Shown: piece by piece, positions 26,127 to 40,041 of the stretch | Position numbering within the stretch: position 1 is the first letter of the stretch | Layout of the letters: each line of letters begins with the position of its first letter | Assembly (NCBI RefSeq): GCF_003790525.1 | Contig: NZ_CP033635.1 | DNA from: Escherichia coli | GTDB taxonomy: Bacteria; Pseudomonadota; Gammaproteobacteria; Enterobacterales; Enterobacteriaceae | DNA: 64,000 nt | Reading direction: 5' to 3' (one strand) | The notes under the pieces: model-generated | What the model saw: only the letters and a program-made list of their open reading frames with translations | What the model was told of the DNA's origin: nothing | The model's database searches: none | Program-made: the position numbers and the translations under genes

Positions 26127-27464
26127 TTAGTTTGGCAGCGTACGATCTGGCGTCGTCACCGTACTGGCAGTTTGTGCCGTTGCACCCTGCGGCGCAGATT
26201 GCATCGGATGCGCAAGGAAATAATTGCGCAGACCTTTATAAATGGCTTCTGCCAGCTGTTGTTGGTAATCGTCGCTCGCCAGCAAACGTTCTTCGCTGTT
26301 GTTGCTGATAAAACCGGTTTCGACCAGTACTGATGGGATATCCGGCGAACGCAGAACGCCAAGGCTGGCGTGTTCTGGTCGACGTTTATGAATTTCGCCA
26401 ATGCGTTGCAACTGACTGATCATACTGGTCGCTACATCATACCCTACCCGCTGGGAATGACCGAACTGTAAATCCAGCACCGCCTGGCTCAAATAGGGGT
26501 CAGACTGACTGTTCGCCAGCACATCGCCCGCTCCGCCCAGTAGCTCCGACTGTTTCTCATGCTGTTCCAGCCAGCTTGCCATCTCGCTGTTTGCACGACG
26601 GTTAGAGAGCACCCATACGGAAGCGCCAGTCGCACTGCGGTTTGGTGCGGCATCAGCGTGAATCGACACGAGGAAATTGGCGTTTTGCTTACGTGCCACA
26701 TCGCTGCGCCCCATCACCGAAATAAAGTAATCCCCGTCACGGGTTAAAACGCCTTTAAACATTGGATCGTCATTGAGCAAAGTACGTAATTTACGTGCGA
26801 TGGCGATGGTGACATTTTTCTCCCGCGTACCACCGGGGCCGATAGCGCCAGGATCCTGACCGCCGTGTCCGGCATCAATAGCGATGATAATTTTATCGCC
26901 AGTGTTAGCCGTCGCGCGCGCTGCCGGACGCGTTACCGTATTACTGCTGATAACACCCGTAGTGCGGTTACTTTCCGTTTTAAACGGATTGCGCGCCGGT
27001 TCGCTGACGCGCGGTGCGCCAACCGCAGGCGTTTCAACGCGTTTCGCAACCACAGGCGGCGGAGGAGGCGGTGGCGGCGCATCGGCGTTAATCGTAAAGA
27101 CGACAGTGTAATTGCTGCCATTCTGCCGCTTCACCGCTTCGGTTTTACCATTTTCGGTAAGATCGACCACCAGCCGTAGCGTTTGTGCATCTTTAGGCGT
27201 TCCAGAGCGAATCGCCTTCACCAGATTATTGCCGCTGAACAACAACGGCAGTCCCTGAATCACGCCCGTTTGTTTGATATCGAGCGCCACGATGCGTTTG
27301 CTTTGATGGCTAAACGCATAATCAGGATCGCCAATAAAACTCAACGTTATCCGCGCCTGTTGGTTGCCGTTAGAAACCTGAATATCAGAGAGCGTCGCGG
27401 CACCCACCTGCGCGCACAGCAGCAGCAACGTCGCTACCAACCAATTTCTGATGCGATACATCAT
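26127..27464 (-). CDS. amiB: N-acetylmuramoyl-L-alanine amidase AmiB
   Basis: ORF 26127..27479 trimmed to [23 protein letters not shown] signal peptide; poly-Pro linker; amidase_3 domain. Confidence 0.93.
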   Translation of the reverse strand: MMYRIRNWLVATLLLLCAQVGAATLSDIQVSNGNQQARITLSFIGDPDYAFSHQSKRIVALDIKQTGVIQGLPLLFSGNNLVKAIRSGTPKDAQTLRLVVDLTENGKTEAVKRQNGSNYTVVFTINADAPPPPPPPPVVAKRVETPAVGAPRVSEPARNPFKTESNRTTGVISSNTVTRPAARATANTGDKIIIAIDAGHGGQDPGAIGPGGTREKNVTIAIARKLRTLLNDDPMFKGVLTRDGDYFISVMGRSDVARKQNANFLVSIHADAAPNRSATGASVWVLSNRRANSEMASWLEQHEKQSELLGGAGDVLANSQSDPYLSQAVLDLQFGHSQRVGYDVATSMISQLQRIGEIHKRRPEHASLGVLRSPDIPSVLVETGFISNNSEERLLASDDYQQQLAEAIYKGLRNYFLAHPMQSAPQGATAQTASTVTTPDRTLPN

Positions 27465-27482
27465 CCCGCCACCTTTCAAAGG

Positions 27483-29461
<1,979 letters not shown>

Positions 29462-29463
<2 letters not shown>

Positions 29464-30601
29464 GTCAGAGCCCCTCGATCTCAATCAGTTAGCGCAAAAA
29501 ATTAAACAGTGGGGGCTGGAACTGGGCTTTCAGCAGGTAGGTATTACCGATACCGATCTCAGCGCGTCCGAGCCCAAACTGCAAGCATGGCTGGACAAAC
29601 AATACCACGGCGAAATGGACTGGATGGCGCGTCACGGTATGCTGCGTGCTCGTCCTCACGAATTATTGCCCGGTACGCTGCGCGTGATCAGCGTGCGGAT
29701 GAATTACCTTCCTGCTAACGCCGCATTTGCCAGCACGCTGAAAAACCCCAAACTCGGCTATGTTAGCCGTTATGCGCTGGGCCGTGACTATCACAAACTT
29801 CTGCGCAACCGACTCAAAAAGCTGGGCGAGATGATTCAGCAACATTGTGTTTCGCTGAATTTTAGACCGTTTGTCGATTCTGCGCCTATTCTTGAGCGCC
29901 CGTTAGCTGAAAAAGCTGGGCTCGGCTGGACAGGTAAGCACTCACTTATCCTCAATCGCGAGGCCGGCTCGTTCTTCTTTTTAGGCGAATTGCTGGTCGA
30001 TATTCCGCTACCCGTGGATCAACCAGTCGAGGAAGGATGCGGTAAATGCGTGGCCTGTATGACGATTTGCCCGACCGGTGCCATCGTCGAGCCATATACC
30101 GTCGATGCTCGCCGCTGTATCTCTTATCTCACCATCGAACTGGAAGGGGCGATCCCGGTAGAGTTGCGACCATTAATGGGAAACCGTATTTACGGTTGCG
30201 ATGACTGCCAGCTTATCTGCCCGTGGAATCGCTATTCGCAACTCACTACAGAAGACGATTTCAGCCCGCGTAAGCCGCTACACGCACCGGAACTCATTGA
30301 GTTATTCGCCTGGAGCGAAGAGAAGTTTTTAAAAGTCACGGAAGGTTCGGCGATTCGCCGTATAGGTCACCTGCGTTGGCTGCGTAATATCGCCGTAGCC
30401 TTAGGCAATGCCCCCTGGGATGAAACGATTTTGACAGCGCTGGAAAGTCGTAAAGGTGAGCACCCACTTCTTGATGAGCACATAGCGTGGGCGATTGCGC
30501 AGCAAATCGAGAGGCGAAATGCGTGCGTGGTCGAAGTGCAATTACCGAAAAAACAGCGTCTGGTTCGGGTGATTGAAAAAGGGTTACCGCGTGACGCCTG
30601 A
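29462..30601 (+). CDS. queG: epoxyqueuosine reductase QueG (YjeS)
   Basis: ORF 29354..30601 trimmed to MSEPLDLNQLAQKIKQWGLELGF (379 aa); 4Fe-4S ferredoxin Cys motifs CGKCVACMTICP, CDDCQLICP. Confidence 0.93.
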
Positions 30602-30870
30602 TTCATCCACAGCTTGTGAATAAAAATAAAAACGCATTGCAATTCAAGCCGGAAAAAATCGTCAAGTGATCGATACGACAAAACGAAATCTTAATTTTTA
30701 ACTTATCTATCAATAGGTTAAAAAAATACTATTCACCGTGCGAAGTTTCTTTGAAATTAAGATTACGGCCTGAGGCTGTGGATAACTCTGTTTACAAGAG
30801 TTTGTCAGAGACAACAAAAACCAGCAATAACGCATCGCGTCGCTGTGGATATTTTATTGAGAGAAGAATT

Positions 30871-30946
<76 letters not shown>

Positions 30947-30981
30947 TTGGGTGGTCTGTGCTTTACAGCACTTTCAAATTT

Positions 30982-31057
<76 letters not shown>

Positions 31058-31178
31058 TTAATCTTCGTCTTTCGAACTGCTACTACCTTGGCTGCCTTCA
31101 CTCACCTTAGTCACTTACTTTTGTAAGCTCCCAAGGATTCGTTCAGTTGCCGCCTTGTCGCAATTCGAAATACTGCGA
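31058..31178 (-). other. 121-bp extra spacer segment inside the tRNA-Gly array, with weak tRNA-Gly-like blocks (possible decayed tRNA copy or small insertion)
   Basis: Spacer between second and third tRNA-Gly is 157 nt versus 35 nt for the other; the conserved 36-nt trailer repeat is present at 31179..31214, so 31058..31178 is extra; contains GCCAAGGT and AGTTCGA in tRNA order. Confidence 0.4.
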
Positions 31179-31214
31179 TTGGGTGGTCTGTGCTTTGCAG
31201 CACTTTTCAAATTT

Positions 31215-31290
<76 letters not shown>

Positions 31291-31500
31291 GTACTACTTA
31301 ATTTTGCTTTCGTAATTTTCGCATTTCTGCGTCGTTACGGGAGGCGCATTATACGAGAAATCTTTCCCTCTGCAACCCCCCTAAAAAATTTTTTTTGAGT
31401 TTTTATCTCAAGTGCTGAAATTATCGGCAAGACGTTCAATTTAGCGTCAAAATCACGCCACCGCAAGTGGATTACGGCGCTTACGTGACCAGGAAAAAAT

Positions 31501-32046
31501 TTACAGCTTGATAAAATGCTCGCGGTAGTAAGCCAGCTCCGCCACCGATTCACGGATATCATCCATCGCCTGATGCGTCCCCTGCTTGGTAAAACCATCA
31601 AGAATTTCCGGCTTCCAGCGGCGCGCCAGCTCTTTCAGGGTGCTGACATCGAGATAACGGTAGTGGAAGTAGGCTTCCAGCTCCGGCATGTATTTAAACA
31701 GGAAGCGACGGTCCTGACCGATGCTGTTACCACAAATCGGCGATTTTCCCGCAGGCACCCACTGTTTTAAGAATTCGAGCGTTGCCAGTTCAGCTTCACG
31801 ATCGCCCATCGTGCTCGCTTTCACGCGCTCCACCAGCCCGCTGGCGGTATGGGTGCGCACGTTCCAGTCATCCATCAGCGCCAGCTGTTCATCGGACTGA
31901 TGTACTGCAATGGTCGGCCCTTCTGCCAGAATATTCAGGTTGGCATCGGTCACCAGCGTGGCAATCTCAATAATGCGATCGCGCTCGGGATCCAGACCGG
32001 TCATCTCAAGATCGATCCAAATCAGGTTGTTTTCATTGGCACTCAT
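31501..32046 (-). CDS. orn: oligoribonuclease Orn
   Basis: ORF 31501..32190 trimmed to [29 protein letters not shown] (DEDDh exonuclease, 181 aa). Confidence 0.95.
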
Positions 32047-32140
32047 GCTATTTTCCACCCATTCACAGTGACTATATTGATCCACAATTGCGTGTATCAT
32101 AGATGTTTTGCCCATCAGGGGCGACCAGGAGTCTGTACGA

Positions 32141-33193
32141 TTGAGTAAAAATAAACTCTCCAAAGGCCAGCAGCGCCGCGTGAACGCCAATCACCAGCGT
32201 CGTCTTAAAACGTCTAAGGAGAAGCCCGACTACGACGACAATCTGTTTGGCGAGCCTGATGAAGGTATCGTCATCAGCCGCTTTGGTATGCACGCTGATG
32301 TGGAATCCGCAGATGGCGACGTTCACCGCTGCAATATTCGCCGTACCATCCGTTCGCTGGTGACCGGCGACCGCGTAGTCTGGCGTCCGGGTAAACCGGC
32401 GGCGGAAGGCGTAAATGTCAAAGGGATCGTGGAAGCGGTGCATGAGCGCACTTCAGTGTTAACGCGCCCGGACTTCTACGATGGCGTGAAACCTATTGCC
32501 GCCAACATCGACCAGATTGTCATTGTCTCCGCCATTTTGCCGGAGCTGTCGCTCAATATTATCGACCGTTACCTGGTGGCCTGCGAAACCTTGCAGATTG
32601 AGCCGATTATTGTGCTCAACAAAATAGACCTGCTGGACGACGAAGGTATGAAGTTCGTCAACGAGCAGATGGACATCTACCGCAATATCGGTTATCGCGT
32701 ATTGATGGTTTCCAGTCATACACAGGATGGGCTGAAACCGCTGGAAGAGGCGTTGACCGGGCGCATCAGCATTTTTGCCGGGCAGTCTGGCGTTGGCAAA
32801 TCCAGCCTGCTGAACGCGTTGCTGGGGCTGCAAAAAGAGATCCTGACCAACGATGTCTCTGACAACTCGGGGCTTGGTCAGCACACCACGACCGCCGCTC
32901 GGCTGTATCACTTCCCGCACGGCGGTGATGTGATTGACTCCCCAGGAGTGCGTGAGTTCGGCCTCTGGCACCTGGAGCCGGAACAAATCACTCAGGGCTT
33001 TGTCGAATTCCATGACTATTTAGGTCTGTGTAAATATCGCGATTGCAAACACGATACCGATCCGGGCTGCGCTATCCGGGAAGCGGTTGAGGAAGGGAAA
33101 ATCGCGGAAACCCGTTTCGAAAACTATCACCGTATTCTGGAAAGCATGGCGCAGGTAAAAACGCGTAAAAACTTTTCTGATACGGATGACTGA
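32141..33193 (+). CDS. rsgA: small ribosomal subunit biogenesis GTPase RsgA (YjeQ)
   Basis: ORF 32108..33193; start assumed at in-frame TTG giving [21 protein letters not shown]; G-motifs [10 protein letters not shown]; Cys cluster at C-terminus. Confidence 0.9.
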
Positions 33194-33288
33194 CAATTAA
33201 GCTAACCGTCGTTAGAATCGTCCCCTTTTTTCAGGATCCGGCATGTAGGCCGGATCAGGAACGACAAAACAATGGCCTGGAGGCTACC

Positions 33289-34257
33289 TTGTTAAATTCA
33301 TTTAAACTTTCGCTACAGTACATTCTGCCGAAACTATGGCTTACTCGCCTGGCGGGTTGGGGCGCAAGCAAGCGGGCAGGATGGCTGACAAAACTGGTTA
33401 TCGATCTGTTCGTTAAATACTACAAGGTCGACATGAAAGAGGCGCAAAAGCCGGATACCGCCAGCTACCGCACCTTTAACGAATTCTTTGTCCGTCCGCT
33501 GCGTGACGAAGTACGCCCAATCGATACCGATCCGAATGTACTGGTTATGCCTGCCGATGGCGTTATCAGCCAGTTGGGTAAAATCGAAGAAGATAAAATC
33601 CTGCAAGCCAAAGGCCACAACTACAGCCTCGAAGCCCTGCTGGCAGGCAACTATCTGATGGCGGACCTGTTCCGCAACGGTACGTTTGTGACCACTTACC
33701 TCTCCCCGCGTGACTACCACCGCGTACACATGCCGTGCAACGGTATTCTGCGTGAGATGATCTACGTGCCGGGCGATCTCTTCTCCGTTAACCATCTCAC
33801 CGCTCAGAACGTGCCGAATCTGTTTGCCCGTAACGAACGCGTGATCTGCCTGTTCGATACCGAATTTGGCCCAATGGCGCAGATTCTGGTCGGGGCGACG
33901 ATTGTAGGCAGCATTGAGACGGTCTGGGCGGGCACCATTACGCCGCCGCGCGAAGGTATCATCAAGCGCTGGACCTGGCCTGCCGGGGAAAACGACGGTT
34001 CTGTGGCACTGCTGAAAGGCCAGGAAATGGGTCGCTTTAAACTCGGTTCCACCGTTATCAACCTGTTTGCACCGGGTAAAGTGAATCTGGTTGAGCAACT
34101 GGAAAGCCTGTCTGTCACGAAAATTGGCCAGCCGCTGGCAGTATCTACCGAAACCTTTGTTACGCCAGACGCTGAACCCGCCCCGCTTCCTGCTGAAGAG
34201 ATCGAAGCAGAACACGACGCCAGCCCATTGGTTGACGACAAAAAAGACCAGGTCTAA
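33289..34257 (+). CDS. psd: phosphatidylserine decarboxylase proenzyme Psd
   Basis: 322-aa [27 protein letters not shown]..., LGST autocleavage motif. Confidence 0.96.
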
Positions 34258-34278
34258 TCCATCAAAGGAAACGCTGAC

Positions 34279-37200
34279 GTGCGCCTGATTATCACTTTTC
34301 TGATGGCCTGGTGCCTCAGTTGGGGGGCGTACGCCGCGACGGCCCCCGATAGCAAACAAATCTCACAAGAACTGGAGCAGGCAAAAGCGGCGAAACCCGC
34401 GCAACCGGAAGTCGTAGAGGCGCTCCAGTCTGCCTTAAATGCGCTTGAGGAACGGAAAGGTTCCCTTGAGCGCATCAAGCAATATCAAGAAGTCATTGAT
34501 AATTATCCGAAACTCTCCGCTACTCTGCGCGCGCAATTAAACAACATGCGTGACGAGCCGCGCAGCGTGTCACCGGGAATGTCTACCGACGCGCTGAATC
34601 AGGAAATTCTCCAGGTCAGCAGCCAGTTGCTGGATAAAAGCCGTCAGGCCCAGCAAGAGCAGGAACGCGCCCGCGAGATTGCCGATTCGCTGAATCAACT
34701 GCCGCAACAGCAAACCGATGCCCGCCGTCAGTTAAATGAAATCGAGCGCCGCCTGGGGACGCTTACCGGCAATTCCCCGCTCAATCAGGCACAAAATTTC
34801 GCGTTGCAGTCTGACTCCGCACGCCTGAAAGCGCTCGTCGATGAACTGGAACTGGCGCAGCTGTCCGCCAATAACCGCCAGGAATTAGCGCGCTTACGCT
34901 CAGAGCTGGCGGAAAAAGAGAGCCAGCAACTGGATGCATATTTGCAGGCCTTACGTAATCAGTTGAACAGCCAACGTCAGCTTGAGGCGGAGCGGGCGCT
35001 GGAAAGTACCGAATTACTGGCAGAAAACAGTGCCGATTTGCCGAAAGATATCGTCGCGCAATTCAAAATTAACCGCGAACTATCGGCAGCGCTGAATCAA
35101 CAGGCGCAGCGGATGGATCTCGTTGCCTCGCAACAGCGTCAGGCTGCCAGCCAGACGTTACAGGTCCGGCAGGCGTTGAATACGCTGCGTGAACAGTCGC
35201 AATGGCTGGGCTCGTCCAACCTGCTCGGCGAAGCGTTGCGGGCGCAGGTGGCACGGCTGCCGGAAATGCCAAAACCACAACAGCTTGATACCGAAATGGC
35301 GCAGTTGCGTGTGCAACGGTTACGTTATGAGGATCTGCTTAATAAACAGCCGCAGCTAAGGCAAATTCATCAGGCCGACGGTCAGCCGCTGACCGCCGAG
35401 CAAAACCGTATTCTGGAAGCACAGCTACGCACTCAGCGTGAGTTGCTGAACTCATTGTTGCAGGGTGGCGACACGCTACTACTGGAACTGACCAAGCTGA
35501 AAGTCTCCAACGGGCAACTGGAGGATGCGCTGAAAGAGGTGAATGAAGCGACGCACCGCTATCTGTTCTGGACCTCTGACGTGCGCCCGATGACCATCGC
35601 CTGGCCGCTGGAAATCGCCCAGGATCTGCGTCGTCTCATTTCGCTGGACACCTTCAGTCAGTTGGGCAAAGCCAGTGTGATGATGCTGACCAGTAAAGAG
35701 ACAATTTTACCGCTGTTTGGCGCGTTGATTCTGGTCGGTTGCAGTATTTACTCACGCCGCTATTTCACCCGTTTTCTTGAACGTTCGGCGGCGAAAGTCG
35801 GCAAAGTGACTCAGGATCACTTCTGGCTGACGTTACGCACTCTTTTCTGGTCGATTCTCGTCGCGTCACCGCTACCGGTGCTGTGGATGACGCTGGGTTA
35901 CGGCTTGCGCGAGGCGTGGCCTTATCCGCTGGCGGTCGCGATTGGCGATGGTGTAACGGCCACCGTGCCGCTGCTGTGGGTAGTGATGATTTGCGCTACC
36001 TTTGCCCGCCCGAACGGCTTGTTTATCGCTCATTTTGGCTGGCCGCGCGAACGCGTTTCCCGTGGGATGCGCTACTACCTGATGAGCATCGGGCTTATTG
36101 TGCCACTGATTATGGCGCTGATGATGTTCGATAACCTCGACGACCGCGAATTTTCCGGTTCGCTGGGACGGCTTTGCTTTATCCTCATTTGCGGTGCGCT
36201 GGCGGTGGTCACCCTCAGCCTGAAAAAGGCCGGGATCCCGCTGTATCTCAACAAAGAAGGCAGCGGCGACAACATTACCAACCATATGCTGTGGAACATG
36301 ATGATTAGCGCACCGCTGGTCGCTATTCTGGCGTCGGCGGTGGGTTATCTGGCAACGGCGCAGGCACTGTTAGCGAGGCTTGAAACCTCGGTTGCCATCT
36401 GGTTCCTGCTACTGGTGGTTTATCACGTTATCCGCCGCTGGATGCTGATCCAGCGCCGCAGGCTGGCGTTTGACCGGGCGAAGCATCGCCGGGCAGAGAT
36501 GTTAGCGCAACGTGCGCGTGGCGAAGAGGAAGCGCATCATCACAGTAGCCCGGAAGGAGCAATTGAAGTCGATGAAAGCGAAGTCGATCTCGATGCCATC
36601 AGTGCGCAATCCTTGCGGCTGGTGCGCTCAATTTTGATGTTGATCGCCCTGCTTTCGGTCATTGTGCTGTGGTCAGAAATCCATTCCGCTTTCGGCTTCC
36701 TCGAAAATATTTCGCTGTGGGATGTCACTTCCACGGTACAGGGCGTAGAAAGCCTGGAGCCGATTACCCTCGGTGCGGTACTGATTGCCATTCTGGTGTT
36801 TATCATCACCACGCAGCTGGTGCGCAACCTGCCCGCGCTGCTGGAACTGGCGATTCTGCAGCACCTGGATTTAACGCCGGGTACGGGCTACGCCATCACC
36901 ACCATCACCAAATATCTGCTGATGCTGATTGGCGGGCTGGTCGGCTTCTCGATGATTGGTATTGAGTGGTCGAAATTGCAGTGGCTGGTCGCCGCGCTCG
37001 GTGTTGGTCTCGGTTTTGGTTTGCAGGAAATTTTCGCCAACTTTATCTCTGGCCTGATTATCCTGTTCGAAAAACCGATTCGCATTGGCGATACGGTAAC
37101 GATCCGCGATCTTACCGGTAGTGTGACGAAAATTAACACCCGCGCCACCACCATCAGCGACTGGGACCGCAAAGAAATTATCGTGCCGAACAAGGCGTTT

Positions 37201-37602
37201 ATTACCGAGCAGTTTATCAACTGGTCGCTCTCTGACTCGGTCACGCGCGTGGTGTTGACGATTCCGGCCCCTGCCGATGCCAACAGTGAAGAAGTGACGG
37301 AAATCCTGCTCACCGCAGCGCGTCGCTGCTCGCTGGTGATCGACAACCCGGCACCGGAAGTCTTCCTGGTGGATCTGCAACAGGGGATTCAGATTTTCGA
37401 GCTGCGTATTTACGCCGCAGAAATGGGTCACCGCATGCCGCTACGCCATGAGATTCACCAGCTAATTCTGGCAGGCTTCCATGCCCACGGTATCGATATG
37501 CCATTCCCGCCCTTCCAGATGCGTCTGGAAAGCCTGAATGGTAAACAAACGGGGAGAACATTAACTTCTGCGGGCAAAGGTCGTCAGGCGGGAAGTTTGT
37601 AA
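34279..37602 (+). CDS. mscM: miniconductance mechanosensitive channel MscM (YjeP)
   Basis: 1107-aa ORF, GTG start, signal peptide, long coiled-coil periplasmic domain, C-terminal MscS-like domain. Confidence 0.93.
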   Translation: MRLIITFLMAWCLSWGAYAATAPDSKQISQELEQAKAAKPAQPEVVEALQSALNALEERKGSLERIKQYQEVIDNYPKLSATLRAQLNNMRDEPRSVSPGMSTDALNQEILQVSSQLLDKSRQAQQEQERAREIADSLNQLPQQQTDARRQLNEIERRLGTLTGNSPLNQAQNFALQSDSARLKALVDELELAQLSANNRQELARLRSELAEKESQQLDAYLQALRNQLNSQRQLEAERALESTELLAENSADLPKDIVAQFKINRELSAALNQQAQRMDLVASQQRQAASQTLQVRQALNTLREQSQWLGSSNLLGEALRAQVARLPEMPKPQQLDTEMAQLRVQRLRYEDLLNKQPQLRQIHQADGQPLTAEQNRILEAQLRTQRELLNSLLQGGDTLLLELTKLKVSNGQLEDALKEVNEATHRYLFWTSDVRPMTIAWPLEIAQDLRRLISLDTFSQLGKASVMMLTSKETILPLFGALILVGCSIYSRRYFTRFLERSAAKVGKVTQDHFWLTLRTLFWSILVASPLPVLWMTLGYGLREAWPYPLAVAIGDGVTATVPLLWVVMICATFARPNGLFIAHFGWPRERVSRGMRYYLMSIGLIVPLIMALMMFDNLDDREFSGSLGRLCFILICGALAVVTLSLKKAGIPLYLNKEGSGDNITNHMLWNMMISAPLVAILASAVGYLATAQALLARLETSVAIWFLLLVVYHVIRRWMLIQRRRLAFDRAKHRRAEMLAQRARGEEEAHHHSSPEGAIEVDESEVDLDAISAQSLRLVRSILMLIALLSVIVLWSEIHSAFGFLENISLWDVTSTVQGVESLEPITLGAVLIAILVFIITTQLVRNLPALLELAILQHLDLTPGTGYAITTITKYLLMLIGGLVGFSMIGIEWSKLQWLVAALGVGLGFGLQEIFANFISGLIILFEKPIRIGDTVTIRDLTGSVTKINTRATTISDWDRKEIIVPNKAFITEQFINWSLSDSVTRVVLTIPAPADANSEEVTEILLTAARRCSLVIDNPAPEVFLVDLQQGIQIFELRIYAAEMGHRMPLRHEIHQLILAGFHAHGIDMPFPPFQMRLESLNGKQTGRTLTSAGKGRQAGSL

Positions 37603-37610
37603 GGTCTTTG

Positions 37611-37632
37611 TGGCCGGATGAACCCATCCGGC
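37611..37632. terminator. bidirectional hairpin between convergent mscM and yjeO
   Basis: gccggatg-aaccc-atccggc hairpin lying between the two convergent stop codons. Confidence 0.6.
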
Positions 37633-37947
37633 TTATAAGCAAAACTGATAGCGCAGAAAAAACTGCCACAGCCAATAGCCGAAAATAGCCAGCGCGGTGG
37701 CGTACATAAACCAGCCGCGTTTTTTTCGCCACAAAGCGAACCAGAGAAAAGGGAAAAAGAGCGGTAACGTCATTATCACACCGACATCACGGGTATCGTC
37801 ATCTTCGAGATACATCAGCACATCGCAGACGTTATTAATCCCGCGTCCATCAATCATCCACTCTTTGTCCAGCGCGGAAGTGATGGTTATCCAGAGGAAC
37901 GCCACAATAAACCAGATGCAGCACAAGATAAACATGCGCGCACTCAT
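37633..37947 (-). CDS. yjeO: inner membrane protein YjeO
   Basis: 104-aa hydrophobic ORF MSARMFILCCIWFIVAFLWITITSALDKEW... Confidence 0.85.
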   Translation of the reverse strand: MSARMFILCCIWFIVAFLWITITSALDKEWMIDGRGINNVCDVLMYLEDDDTRDVGVIMTLPLFFPFLWFALWRKKRGWFMYATALAIFGYWLWQFFLRYQFCL

Positions 37948-38258
37948 GAGATAATCGGTCGCTTAATTTCGCTATAGCGCATACGAAACAAATCGCCGTA
38001 TCCCACTAATTCTCCGCGAAAAACCAGACATCTAATAAGATAAGCGCAATAGATATCCGGCAGGTTTCCCCACCGCGGACCATCGCGCTCTTTGAGGGTA
38101 TTAATAGTGTTACCCACCACCATCGCTACTTTGCGGGTGTGGCGGGTATCGACAAAAGAGAGGACCGTTTGCTCTATTTCCGCCACATCCCCGGCAGAAA
38201 AGTGCAGCTCCCTGATTTCATCTTCGGTTATCACTGGATCCCGACTAGCGTCGTCCAT
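37944..38258 (-). CDS. yjeN: uncharacterised protein YjeN
   Basis: ORF 37944..38279; start placed at MDDASRDPVITEDEIRELHF (104 aa); 4-bp overlap with yjeO. Confidence 0.75.
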   Translation of the reverse strand: MDDASRDPVITEDEIRELHFSAGDVAEIEQTVLSFVDTRHTRKVAMVVGNTINTLKERDGPRWGNLPDIYCAYLIRCLVFRGELVGYGDLFRMRYSEIKRPIIS

Positions 38259-38320
38259 AACGTCTTCCTTTCCAGACAACTCATCGCCGGAGAGACGATG
38301 AGTTGCAGGATTTCATATGA

Positions 38321-39823
38321 TCAGTCGAGAGCTAACTCAGGTTTGTTCGCCATGCGACTGCAATAGTTCTGGTAAATCGCCATCGCTAACAGCGAGAAGA
38401 AGACAGGGCCGCCAATCATCCACAATGTGCTGTCCCAGTCTCCAGCTTCAACCACAGGTTGAATGATGGTGAAGACGTTCGCAAATGTCACCACCAGTAC
38501 GACAACCACTGTTGCAATCATTGCCGACATATGCGTTTTGAAAATCACAAACGGTCTGTCGAGATCCTGACGTGCTTTAAAAAATGGGAAAGCCAGCGCG
38601 AGGAACAGGTAAGGAAGCGTCATAGACACGTTCGCCATCAGCGTCAGCTTGTTAAAGAACGCCGATGCGGTACCGCCACCAAACGAAACCAGCAGAATGA
38701 AGATAGTAACCAACCCGCACTGCATCCACATGGCAATAGACGGCATCCCCATCGTATTCAGGCGCGTCATCGGTTCCGGCCACAATGCTTTCGGCGTTCC
38801 CTGGATGATGGCTTTCAGCGGTGAATAGCAAAGCGTAAAGAACGCACCGGTATAAGCGAGGAACATCGACAGTCCGGTAATACGCGCAAACCATACGCCC
38901 AGCGACAATGACGCTTCAGGTGAAAAATGCAGTGCGTTACCCAGCGTCACCCCGAGGCTCTTCATCAGCACATAGGTAATATTGCCGAGGTTAACGGAAC
39001 CATTACTTAATACCTGCTGCCAGTTTGTGCTGACGCCCCATAAAAATATTGCCAGCGAATAACCGATTGAAATAACAATAGCGGCAAAAACAATACCTTT
39101 GGCAAAGTTCTTTTCTGGATTTTCCGTTTTATCGACCAGACCACCCACCGCTTCAATTCCGCCATAGGCAAAAATAGCAAATACCACAAACGATAGCATT
39201 GCCAGACCGGACTGATAACCTGGGTTCGGTGATGCAAGGAAATTAATATCCTGCGCGAAATGCCCACCATTTAATAACAAAATAGTAATGCTTACTAACA
39301 GCAATACTAAATTCAGACACATTACTGCAATACCGCCCACCGCAGTAATGCGGGCAATTTTATTAATCCCCTTTGAAGCAACGACGGTGACCAGAATCAT
39401 CCATGCCACTGCCAGCAGACCAACCACCTGCGTAGGCTCCAGTCCGGCAATACGCCAGTGCTGGGTCATGTCGCTACCATAGAGGAATGTTGAGAACGGT
39501 ACCCAAACTTTCGCTGAGGTACTCACCATCCAGATGATATAAGAGGAAAACCACATAAATGTACCAATGAAGGCAAAACGTGGTCCGACACTATTATTCA
39601 TCCAGGAATAGATACCACCTTCTTCTTTGCGATAAGCCGCTCCCATTTCAGCCATCATTAAGGCGAATGGAATAAAGAATAACAATGCAGAAAATATATA
39701 AAAGGGAATCGCACTATAACCCATTAAGTAATAAGCCGATGGGCTATTGGCAAATCCAAATACGGAAGTAAAGATCATCAATATGAGTCCTATCAGACTC
39801 ATCTTTTTTATCGTGTGAGGCAT
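38321..39823 (-). CDS. yjeM: APC-superfamily amino acid transporter YjeM
   Basis: ORF 38321..39865 trimmed to MPHTIKKMSLIGLILMIFTSVFGF; polytopic membrane protein about 500 aa. Confidence 0.88.
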   Translation of the reverse strand: MPHTIKKMSLIGLILMIFTSVFGFANSPSAYYLMGYSAIPFYIFSALLFFIPFALMMAEMGAAYRKEEGGIYSWMNNSVGPRFAFIGTFMWFSSYIIWMVSTSAKVWVPFSTFLYGSDMTQHWRIAGLEPTQVVGLLAVAWMILVTVVASKGINKIARITAVGGIAVMCLNLVLLLVSITILLLNGGHFAQDINFLASPNPGYQSGLAMLSFVVFAIFAYGGIEAVGGLVDKTENPEKNFAKGIVFAAIVISIGYSLAIFLWGVSTNWQQVLSNGSVNLGNITYVLMKSLGVTLGNALHFSPEASLSLGVWFARITGLSMFLAYTGAFFTLCYSPLKAIIQGTPKALWPEPMTRLNTMGMPSIAMWMQCGLVTIFILLVSFGGGTASAFFNKLTLMANVSMTLPYLFLALAFPFFKARQDLDRPFVIFKTHMSAMIATVVVVLVVTFANVFTIIQPVVEAGDWDSTLWMIGGPVFFSLLAMAIYQNYCSRMANKPELALD

Positions 39824-40041
39824 GAAACCATCCTTCATTTCAGCGCGTGTATAAAACGCGCCCACTGAACTGCACTGCCCAACATTGAGCGGGCAGCGTA
39901 AAAACCAATACAGAATTGATACCTGGATGATATCAAATATCCAGTCTTAAATTGTGGCCTTTAGCGGAAAAATGAAAACATATGCTACAGAATGGCGCTT
40001 ATCACGCCATTCTTCGCGGTTAATTCAGTAATTTTTCAGAA

